From assembly GCF_900232105.1 (NCBI RefSeq), contig NZ_LT934425.1:1290001-1322000 (forward strand): a DNA stretch of 32,000 bases, read 5' to 3'. Source of the DNA: Candidatus Kuenenia stuttgartensis (GTDB lineage: Bacteria > Planctomycetota > Brocadiia > Brocadiales > Brocadiaceae). A program made the translations under genes and the position numbers. Below are positions 20,885 through 28,428 of this stretch, piece after piece. The notes beneath the pieces were generated by a model. It searched no databases, was not told where the DNA came from, and saw nothing but the letters and a program-made list of their open reading frames with translations. How positions within the stretch are numbered: the first letter of the stretch is position 1; every line of letters begins with the position of its first letter.

Positions 20885-21199
20885 AATTTCGGATTGACGA
20901 ATGTTTGTTACGTTATATAATGAATGACGAAGATATGACTTTTTGAAAATTATCTTTCAGTAAACGACCAATGCTTATTCACAAACTCCTCAGACCGGGC
21001 CAAATGAATTTTGTTGTCTCAAAAATAGGGAACAATCCTCACAAAATACCTGTTTCATTTCCTATCTCTACTTATTACTGTTTTTACATTAAAACGGGGA
21101 ACAATTATCGGGAAGCAGGCAACAGTTGCCTGTTTGACCAGTCTGTACTTCTGAATTATACTTATTAAACAACATCATAACAAAAGAAAAGGACGATTT

Positions 21200-22138
21200 A
21201 TGATACATAGAATCAAACATATTACCTGTCTCATCCTGATGCATGTATTTCTTTTTCACTTTATCGGTTGTGGAAAAGAAGAAAAGGATTTAACGTCAGC
21301 CGTTCAGCAAAAAGAGAGTTCGATGCATGGTGGAAAAGTACAGGGCATGCACGGTACCTCAAGACCGGACAAAGAGATAGAAGCGGCAAAAGCGGCTGTT
21401 GAAGCGAACCCGAACGACCCGGCTGTGTATTACAATTTAGCCGTTCTTTCTGATAAAAAAGGGATGCTTGACGAAGCGGTGGACGCATACAAAAAGGCAA
21501 CGGAACTAAATCCTTCTTCCGAGGAAGCCTTAGTAGGTCTAGGCAAAGTATTAAATAAGAAGGCAAAATCTGACGAAGCAATCACCGCATTTGAAAAGGC
21601 GCTTGCCATAAATATCAACAACGCAGAAGCCTATGAGGGGTTAGGTCTTGTACATGTTCATAAGGGAGGGCCGGATGAGGCGATCAGACTCTTTAACAGA
21701 GCTGTTGCGATAAATCCGGACCTTGTTGAATCCCGGTATAATTTGGGCATTCTCTATGCGAAAAACGGGCAATTTGAGGAGGCGATTGCTGAGTGGTTAA
21801 AGGCCATTAAGATCAATCCTAAGAGAACAGAATTCCATTATAACCTTGGGATTGCCTACACAAAATTAGGAAAGCTGGAAGACGCTATTGCTGTGTGGCA
21901 AAACGCATTGGAAAATACTGAAGAAATATCAAGTTTTCTCTATTTGATCGGACTTGTTTACATAGAAAAAGGGGATGCTAAAAGCGCCGAATCCTTCCTT
22001 AATAAAGCGCTTGAAGTTGATCCCGAATTTTACGATGTACACAAAGTGCTTGAGGAACTCTATCGTTCACAGGGCATGCATAGTGAAGCCGACCGCCATG
22101 CTGAAATATACAAAAGCAATTACAGCGCCCACCACTAA
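21200..22138 (+). CDS. TPR-repeat lipoprotein
   Basis: Lipobox HFIGC followed by at least 7 canonical 34-aa TPR units (..AYYNLAV..A...Y.KA.E.NP..). Confidence 0.8.
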   Translation: MIHRIKHITCLILMHVFLFHFIGCGKEEKDLTSAVQQKESSMHGGKVQGMHGTSRPDKEIEAAKAAVEANPNDPAVYYNLAVLSDKKGMLDEAVDAYKKATELNPSSEEALVGLGKVLNKKAKSDEAITAFEKALAININNAEAYEGLGLVHVHKGGPDEAIRLFNRAVAINPDLVESRYNLGILYAKNGQFEEAIAEWLKAIKINPKRTEFHYNLGIAYTKLGKLEDAIAVWQNALENTEEISSFLYLIGLVYIEKGDAKSAESFLNKALEVDPEFYDVHKVLEELYRSQGMHSEADRHAEIYKSNYSAHH

Positions 22139-22160
22139 TATACTTACAGTTAGAGCATTC

Positions 22161-22258
22161 GTAACACTTTAGTTCTGTGAAAAAAACTGCTCGTTACCAA
22201 GCTGGAGCTTGGGAATGAGCAGTTTTACGTTTTCAAAAAAACTAAAGCGGAGTGTTAC
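22161..22258. repeat. PAL element copy 4 (archetype, 98 bp); probably also a bidirectional terminator between convergent genes
   Basis: Termini GTAACACTTTAGTT / AACTAAAG(cgga)GTGTTAC. Central hairpin CTGCTCGTTACCAAGCT-gg-AGCTTGGGAATGAGCAG (22187..22222), with an A-run on the 5' side and a T-rich run on the 3' side. Confidence 0.7.
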
Positions 22259-22419
22259 CAGTAAAGATGCATCGCCGATACGGTATGCTGATATTTCATG
22301 AGTACCATCCAAAAATTTCACCATCGGGGCGCTGCAGCGCTTGCTGCAAGCAACCGCAGTTAAAACCCTGTTCTCCTTAGAAAGAGAATGTCGTTGGGTG
22401 CCTTCATTGGTTTGATCCC

Positions 22420-23262
22420 CTATTTCCGGCGATTAATTGTGTAGCCGGATAACTTGCCGATAAATGGGATTGCCAGCATACCTGTCAGTATTACACAGTG
22501 TTTTGTATCCCGGAAATTTTCGAGGCCAATGGTCATGCCTTCGTGTCCCATACGAGGCTGATCGCGGTATGTGCCCAGAAATCGATCCCACAACGGCAGG
22601 TTAAAACCGAAATTAGAGTTGGTTTCATCATAGCGTGACGAATGGTGAACCCGATGCATTTCCGGCGTTACAACAATCCAGCGCAATACACGATCTAAAC
22701 GGCTCATTATACGGACGTTGCCGTGATTGAACATGGATGTCGCATTCAGTAGCACCTCGAATAACACTACCGCGAATACAGGCACGCCTATCACCGCAAT
22801 CGCGCCAAACTTAATCAGCATGGATAGAATAATCTCAAAAGGATGAAATCGTATGCCGGTGGTGACGTCAAAATCCAAATCCGCATGGTGCATGCGGTGT
22901 ATCCTCCATAAAACAGGAATGGCATGGAATATTACATGTTGCAGGTAAATAACAAAGTCCATAGCAACCACCGATGCTATAACCGCCAAACCGTATGGCA
23001 CTGGGAAATAATGAAATAGTCCCCAACCATGTTCTCCGGCAAATACCGCCATACCCACAGCAGCCCCTGGAAATATCAGGCGTAACAGGAAGCTGTTAAG
23101 AAACACGACGCCAAGATTATTAATCCAGCGTATTAATTTTGGGATGTCAGCCCTTCGTCTGGGAGCTAAACGTTCCCACAATGCCATGATCAATAAGATC
23201 CCGAAAAAAAATTCTATTCGAATGACCATCTCGTGTTGCAAAACATATTCGCTCAAATTCAT
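22420..23262 (-). CDS. Fatty acid hydroxylase / sterol desaturase family membrane protein
   Basis: Histidine boxes HVIFH, HRMHH and HRVHH in a polytopic protein. I prefer the ATG at 23262 (ATGA overlap with the upstream stop); the ORF-track start is 23274. Confidence 0.8.
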   Translation of the reverse strand: MNLSEYVLQHEMVIRIEFFFGILLIMALWERLAPRRRADIPKLIRWINNLGVVFLNSFLLRLIFPGAAVGMAVFAGEHGWGLFHYFPVPYGLAVIASVVAMDFVIYLQHVIFHAIPVLWRIHRMHHADLDFDVTTGIRFHPFEIILSMLIKFGAIAVIGVPVFAVVLFEVLLNATSMFNHGNVRIMSRLDRVLRWIVVTPEMHRVHHSSRYDETNSNFGFNLPLWDRFLGTYRDQPRMGHEGMTIGLENFRDTKHCVILTGMLAIPFIGKLSGYTINRRK

Positions 23263-24578
23263 TCTTTTCTCCACTGCTGAAAGCGCTTTAGCAAATCTGC
23301 CGGAGACTGCTTAAGCATTAATAACCGAAATACTGTAGACATATTCCTGATAGTTGCAATGAAAGGGCCAAGCGATTTCCAGTGGCGTGGTGACATCTTT
23401 ATCACACCGGGCGCCACTTTTGGGCGGCATATCTTTGATAGGGTGCGTGATAAAACAACATCTTCTAAAAAGGGTGTTTCTGCAAAACCGCCGCACTTAT
23501 GGAATATGTCCTTTCGAACTATAATCCCCTGATCGCCATAAGGGAGTCCTAATATCCGGCCACGCAGCCTGTTTCCCATTTCTATCAGTCGGTACCAGGG
23601 AGAGGGGTCTGTTATCCGTTGTCGGAAAAATCCCCATACAAGTCGCGTGGAAAGTAAATACGATGGTAAATTTGCCATTACTTCCGGGCCAGGCTGGCAA
23701 TCTGCATGGAGAAACCAGCACCAGCGTCCACGGGCATTACTCACGCCAAGATTCATCTGTCCGGCGCGTCCCGGTGTGCTTCTCAGCAGCCTTGCATTAA
23801 AGTCAATTGCAACGTTGTCAGAACCATCAGTTGAACCGCCGTCAACTATTATAATTTCAAACTCCCCCAGAGTATTTATGCAGGATAGCGTCGCGAGGGT
23901 TTTTCCCAGAGGATATTTGTCGTTGAGTACCGGGATAATGATGGATACCGTGGGCATTGCCTTACATGCAACCTTTTTCAAATCGTCCAGGGTATCTACG
24001 TCAATCTCCGGTCTTAACTGCGCTATTGACAGATCATTCTCATGCGCATGCCTCACGGTTTGTTCAAGTACCAGATTCGAACTCCATGCAATATTTTCAA
24101 ACAGGCATGTTTGCATCGAACGGGCGCCAATCAAAACGTATCCGCCGTCCACTGATGGTATTATTACAACGTCCGCGTGCATGAGTTGTTCGATTGCATC
24201 CTGTATCTTCTCGGCCGTCAAGTCAGGGCAGTCCGTACCCACGGCAAGAACTGTCTGGAATCCATTTTCGAATGCCCTGAGAAATGCGTATTTCAATTTC
24301 TTGCCGAGATCGCCCTGCGGTTGCAGCCATACATCGTATGAATCCTTCAGCCAGCGGGAAATCAGCCTCCGGCCTGCACCGTTTCCGTACACAATCACCT
24401 TTGCATTGCCTTGACCCTGCAAGGTGAGTAGTTCATAATGGGTTTTTTGCGCCATATAATCGTAAATACGACATGCCTTTTCGTCCCCCAGCTTTGCGGC
24501 TAATCGCGTTTTAACATGGCCGGGTTGTGGATATTTTGCAAATTCCAGGATTAATGTTGCCTTGCTATTGGTGTACAT
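23259..24578 (-). CDS. Fusion of a DUF2064/TIGR04282-like transferase (N-terminal) and a TIGR04283-like family-2 glycosyltransferase (C-terminal)
   Basis: N-terminal half LILEFAKYPQPGHVKTRL (DUF2064 signature). C-terminal half VSIIIPVLND...IIIVDGGSTDGS...GRAGQMN...FLHAD (GT2 fold). Family names are recalled from memory and not searched. Start is taken at the ATG at 24578 rather than the TTG at 24605. Confidence 0.75.
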   Translation of the reverse strand: MYTNSKATLILEFAKYPQPGHVKTRLAAKLGDEKACRIYDYMAQKTHYELLTLQGQGNAKVIVYGNGAGRRLISRWLKDSYDVWLQPQGDLGKKLKYAFLRAFENGFQTVLAVGTDCPDLTAEKIQDAIEQLMHADVVIIPSVDGGYVLIGARSMQTCLFENIAWSSNLVLEQTVRHAHENDLSIAQLRPEIDVDTLDDLKKVACKAMPTVSIIIPVLNDKYPLGKTLATLSCINTLGEFEIIIVDGGSTDGSDNVAIDFNARLLRSTPGRAGQMNLGVSNARGRWCWFLHADCQPGPEVMANLPSYLLSTRLVWGFFRQRITDPSPWYRLIEMGNRLRGRILGLPYGDQGIIVRKDIFHKCGGFAETPFLEDVVLSRTLSKICRPKVAPGVIKMSPRHWKSLGPFIATIRNMSTVFRLLMLKQSPADLLKRFQQWRKE

Positions 24579-24786
24579 GGACTTGTTGCCTGCTATTAAC
24601 AGCAATTGGTGTAACGGCCTTTTTATGTTCTTGATGTTGATGTGCTATTTTCATTTTCTGAAATTGTTTTAAAAGCATTTCGGGTCGCATGATGTTTTTA
24701 CCTTCGTGTTTTGTGCGTCGTATTTTTTGTCTCGTGCTTGTTTGGTTCTGACTATGCCGGCTTAAGCAGGGATAAAATATAAACAG

Positions 24787-25638
24787 TTATCTGAGCAGTA
24801 ACAAAGGGATATCGCTCGTACGCAGCATAGCGGTTGTATTGCTTCCGGCCAGAAACTGCCTGATACGTGAATGTCCATATGCCCCCATTACCATCAGATC
24901 AATTTGATTTTCTTTCTGATAGGTACCAAGCGCCGCCTCTACCTTGCCTTCGAGCGTCTTTTGTGTCACGTCAAAACCAGCCGAAACCAGCTTGTCAAAT
25001 GCTGATTCCAGTTGCGCTTTCCGTTCATCTGTACCACTGCATACCATAATCAGATGACAGGGCAGGCCTTTCAGCAACGGGCTTCCGGCCACCATATCAA
25101 GCGCTTTTTGGGCGGTCGGGCTGCCATCAAAGGCTATCATGAAGCAGTTTGGAGGGGAGAATTTTGATAGTACAATCAGAATAGGTTTGTGTATCGTGCG
25201 TATCACATTCTCAAGATTACTGCCAATCGGGTGAGCGGCGTTATCGTGTTCCGCACTCCGGCGTCCCATAACCAGAAGTCTCGTCTCGTCCTCAAGCTCC
25301 ATCAGGGTTTCTACAAGACTACCGTGTCGCTGAAGTGTGGAAATATCTTTTGCTCCGTCTTCTCTGACACGGCGCTCAGCGGCTTCCAGCATGTATTTTC
25401 CGTGCTCTCTCGCCAATTTACTATGCTTTTCTTCCAGCACTGTTAGTTCGTCAAGTAAATGCTCCTGGCTGCCTAGTCCGATTTTTCCGGTGAGGTCCCC
25501 CTTGATGGGATATTCTGACTTATCGAGTACATGAAGCAATTTCAAATGTGCGTTTAAGCGCTGGCTGGCCCACGCCCCGGCATCACATACTGCTGCGGAG
25601 ACGTGGAAGCGGCCAATACAGGTTATGATATTTGTCAT
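24787..25638 (-). CDS. Tandem universal stress protein (2x Usp domain)
   Basis: Two Usp-like halves, the second ending in MGAYGHSRIRQFLAGSNT. AGGAG lies 7 nt upstream. Immediately downstream of the SulP gene. Confidence 0.85.
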   Translation of the reverse strand: MTNIITCIGRFHVSAAVCDAGAWASQRLNAHLKLLHVLDKSEYPIKGDLTGKIGLGSQEHLLDELTVLEEKHSKLAREHGKYMLEAAERRVREDGAKDISTLQRHGSLVETLMELEDETRLLVMGRRSAEHDNAAHPIGSNLENVIRTIHKPILIVLSKFSPPNCFMIAFDGSPTAQKALDMVAGSPLLKGLPCHLIMVCSGTDERKAQLESAFDKLVSAGFDVTQKTLEGKVEAALGTYQKENQIDLMVMGAYGHSRIRQFLAGSNTTAMLRTSDIPLLLLR

Positions 25639-25649
25639 CGTTATTCTCC

Positions 25650-27140
25650 TTAGTGACCGGCAAGCAATTTCTCGACTTCTTCGGGTTTATCATGCACTCC
25701 GAATTGATCTACAATCGTGGCGCTTGCTTCATTCATGCCAATAATTTCAACATGTACTCCCTCACGTCTGAATTTAATTACAACTTTGTCCAGTGCGTAA
25801 ACTGATGTGACATCCCAAAAATGCGCTTCAGACAAATCAATGGTAACACGTTCCAGCGCTTCCTTAAAGTCAAATGAGTTGGTAAACCTATCCGCTGAAG
25901 CGTAAAATACCTGACCTATTACTTTATAAATACGCCATGGCAAAGCTTTGTTGATATGACTTTTTACCACAAAAATACGACTGATTTTGTTAGCAAAAAA
26001 CAATGACGACAATAAAACGCCGATGAGCACGCCGATAGCAAGATTATGTGTTGCAACCACCGCCGCAACCGTGGATACCATTACAATACTGGACGACAGC
26101 GGATTTTTTTTCAGGCTTCGGATAGAGCTCCATGAAAATGTCCCGATAGATACCATGATCATTACTGCCACCAGGGCGGCCATTGGGATTTGCTTTACCC
26201 ATGTTCCTGCAAAGACAACCATACTTAACAAAAACACCCCCGCCGCAAAAGCCACGAGACGCCCGCGTCCGCCCGATTTTATAGCGATAATAGACTGTCC
26301 AATCATGGCGCAACCTGCCATTCCTCCCATCAACCCTGCTCCGATATTGGCAATGCCCTGCCCCTTGCACTCCCGGTTTTTATCACTTTTTGAATCGGTT
26401 AAATCATCAACAATAGTGGCCGTCATCATAGATTCCAGCAAACCCACTACCATGAGCGCAAAGGAGTATGGGAAAATAATGGTCAGTGTCTCAAACGTCA
26501 GCGGGACTTCCGGCAATAAGAATATGGGGAGCGTATCAGGAAGCTTACCCATATCTCCAACAGTACGGACATCCAGTCCCATACCGACAGATACTGCCGT
26601 CACCGCTACAATACAAATAAGGGGAGAAGGCAGTATTTTACCCAAAACCGGTATATAAGGGAACAGATAGATAATACACAAACCGCCAGCCGCCAATGAA
26701 TATACATACCAATTAACATGCATAAGTTCAGGCAACTGCGCTATAAAAATCATAATAGCAAGGGCATTGACGAAACCCTTCACTACGGAACTTGACACAA
26801 AACGCATCAGGTTCCCTAATCTGAGAAATCCGGCGATGATTTGGAGGGCGCCCGTCAATAGCGTTGCCGCAAGAAGGTATTCCAGACCATGTTCTTTAAC
26901 CAGAGTGACCATGAGCAGCGCCATTGCACCCGTTGCCGCTGAGATCATACCGGTACGGCCGCCTGCAAAGGAAATGATCACAGAAATACAGAATGAGGCG
27001 TACAAACCCACCTTTGGGTCAACTCCGGCAATAATTGAGAATGCAATTGCCTCTGGGATAAGGGCAAGCGCTACAACAATACCGGCAAGCAGGTCACCCC
27101 GTACGTTTGAAAACCACTCTCTTTTCCAGTTTTTTAGCAT
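25650..27140 (-). CDS. SulP-family anion transporter with a C-terminal STAS domain
   Basis: 496 aa with the N-terminal SulP pattern ([24 protein letters not shown]), a polytopic core and a C-terminal STAS-like segment. Confidence 0.88.
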   Translation of the reverse strand: MLKNWKREWFSNVRGDLLAGIVVALALIPEAIAFSIIAGVDPKVGLYASFCISVIISFAGGRTGMISAATGAMALLMVTLVKEHGLEYLLAATLLTGALQIIAGFLRLGNLMRFVSSSVVKGFVNALAIMIFIAQLPELMHVNWYVYSLAAGGLCIIYLFPYIPVLGKILPSPLICIVAVTAVSVGMGLDVRTVGDMGKLPDTLPIFLLPEVPLTFETLTIIFPYSFALMVVGLLESMMTATIVDDLTDSKSDKNRECKGQGIANIGAGLMGGMAGCAMIGQSIIAIKSGGRGRLVAFAAGVFLLSMVVFAGTWVKQIPMAALVAVMIMVSIGTFSWSSIRSLKKNPLSSSIVMVSTVAAVVATHNLAIGVLIGVLLSSLFFANKISRIFVVKSHINKALPWRIYKVIGQVFYASADRFTNSFDFKEALERVTIDLSEAHFWDVTSVYALDKVVIKFRREGVHVEIIGMNEASATIVDQFGVHDKPEEVEKLLAGH

Positions 27141-27334
27141 GTAGAACTATTTCTCCCGTAAATGAAACATGTGACAAACCAAACACTGACGTCGCTGGAT
27201 ACGAACAAGCAAAGCGTGGCAATAAAATATTTTTTTATTATTTTGTTATAATCAGGCAGATTTACGTCTTAATCAGGACGCACGCCTCGCAGATGACGTT
27301 CAAAACGCAGTCAACATAGAAAACGGCATGCAAT

Positions 27335-27491
27335 CTTTGAAGGGGAGCATTCCCGATTTTTTGTAAGTGTTCATGGAGTTGGGGCAAAACAACCCTGACA
27401 GGGTTTGAAACCCTGTCAGGGTTAACACTACTGTACGTTTTATTAAAACATGGCGGAAGTCACAAAAAATCGGGAATGCACCCCTTCAAAG
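27335..27491. repeat. MITE-like element: 30-bp terminal inverted repeats (29/30) around a 33-bp double palindrome
   Basis: CTTTGAAGGGGAGCATTCCCGATTTTTTGT (27335..27364) versus ACAAAAAATCGGGAATGCACCCCTTCAAAG (27462..27491). The core is AACCCTGACAGGGTT-tga-AACCCTGTCAGGGTT (27391..27423). Confidence 0.8.
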
Positions 27492-27634
27492 GAAAGAGAC
27501 CAGGCATGAATGATGGCATAGGTTTCACAAGCAAAAGTATATGGTGCTTGGCACAACAAGGGCGTAAAGATAACACAAAATAAAATTAATATCAAACAAA
27601 ATTGGAGGGACACTTCCCATATCACATATACATA

Positions 27635-27666
27635 TTCGAAAGGGGGAGTATTCCAGATTTTTTTGT
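27635..27666. repeat. Third, solo copy (about 85% identity) of the 30-bp terminal repeat of the MITE-like element
   Basis: TTCGAAAGGGGGAGTATTCCAGATTTTTTTGT, in the same orientation as the left TIR. Confidence 0.6.
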
Positions 27667-27737
27667 GCTAAGACCCATAATCAATAAACCTGATATTCTC
27701 ACATTAAATGTCTTTTTTAAAGGCAGGGTAAATTTTG

Positions 27738-27932
27738 GTAACACTTTAGTTCTATGAAACAAAAACGCTAGTTCCCAAGCTCCGGCTTGGGAACTAGCAT
27801 TTTTGTTTTTTGAAAAATTCCAAAAATAGTGGTGTTTGCCGCATAATGTAGGGGGCGAAGCATTTGCTATAAATTGTTATAAATAAGTTCATACCCAAAC
27901 GGGCAAATGCTCCGCCCCTACTAAAGTGTTAC
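27738..27932. repeat. PAL element copy 5, carrying a nested insertion of about 110 bp with its own long hairpin
   Basis: Termini GTAACACTTTAGTT / ACTAAAGTGTTAC. Perfect 14-bp core hairpin GCTAGTTCCCAAGC-tccg-GCTTGGGAACTAGC (27767..27798) followed by ATTTTTGTTTTTT. A second hairpin GTAGGGGGCGAAGCATTTGC (27848..27867) / GCAAATGCTCCGCCCCTAC (27903..27921) lies inside the right half. Confidence 0.7.
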
Positions 27933-28109
27933 AAATAATGTGATATTTTGTACCAAATAAACTTAGACGTAGCATCTTGTAAAAAAATTCAAAGATATGG
28001 TGGATTAAGCGATAGTGAATCCACCATTCAATAGCATCATTATTGTTGGATTTAGCTTCGCAGTTGCAAGGCACGTCTTGCCACTACAATTTACATAAAA
28101 AACCCTGCC

Positions 28110-28364
28110 ATGGTTAAAATAAAAAAGAATGCTTGCGATACAGATTGGCTGGATGAAAGGGAACGGGAGGAGTATAAAGACTTAATGGTAAAAGATGACA
28201 AAGAATTAGACACACTTATCAGGGAGGCGACCTCGACAGGGAGGCCGCTAAGTCAAGGGAAAAAAGCGGGTGTAAATGAAATATGGGAAGTGGTCATTTA
28301 TTTTCCCGTAACATGTTCAGCATCAATTTACCATTGCAGTGAAAAAGCGTGTGGTGCTGTGTAA
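28110..28364 (+). pseudogene. Doubtful ORF; possible C-terminal remnant of an IS200/RAYT-like (COG1943-type) protein
   Basis: Only a short stretch (DDKELDTLIREATSTGRPLSQ) resembles the L..IR.AT..G.PLG tail I recall from that family. No HUH or Tyr motif is found upstream in any frame, and the rest of the ORF is not protein-like. Confidence 0.15.
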
Positions 28365-28376
28365 TTGCCAGCACAT

Positions 28377-28415
28377 AAAAAGGAATCTGTGCGTACTTTG
28401 CACAGATTCCTTTTT
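28377..28415 (-). terminator. Rho-independent terminator of the octahaem gene (structurally bidirectional)
   Basis: Perfect 16-bp stem AAAAAGGAATCTGTGC / GCACAGATTCCTTTTT with a 7-nt loop. U-run on the minus strand. It begins 14 nt after the stop codon. Confidence 0.85.
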
Positions 28416-28428
28416 ATTCATTAACAAA

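Noticed and set aside
21028-21135. Direct repeats GGGAACAAT (21028, 21097), each followed by CCTGTTT, and a 7-bp hairpin CAGGCAA-cag-TTGCCTG upstream of the TPR lipoprotein gene
   Set aside because: A 9-mer recurring once within a 300-bp AT-rich intergenic region is near chance expectation (roughly 0.1-0.2). There is no recognisable operator or promoter logic.
27205-27225. Sigma-54-like sequence upstream of the SulP gene (minus strand TGCCACGCTTTGCTT)
   Set aside because: It has GC instead of GG at -24, and the GC dinucleotide is 2 nt too close. The spacing is incompatible with -24/-12 promoters.
27443-28074. Small minus-strand ORFs 27443-27625 and 27889-28074
   Set aside because: They sit on inverted-repeat DNA of the MITE-like and PAL elements. 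There is no RBS and the sequences are not protein-like.
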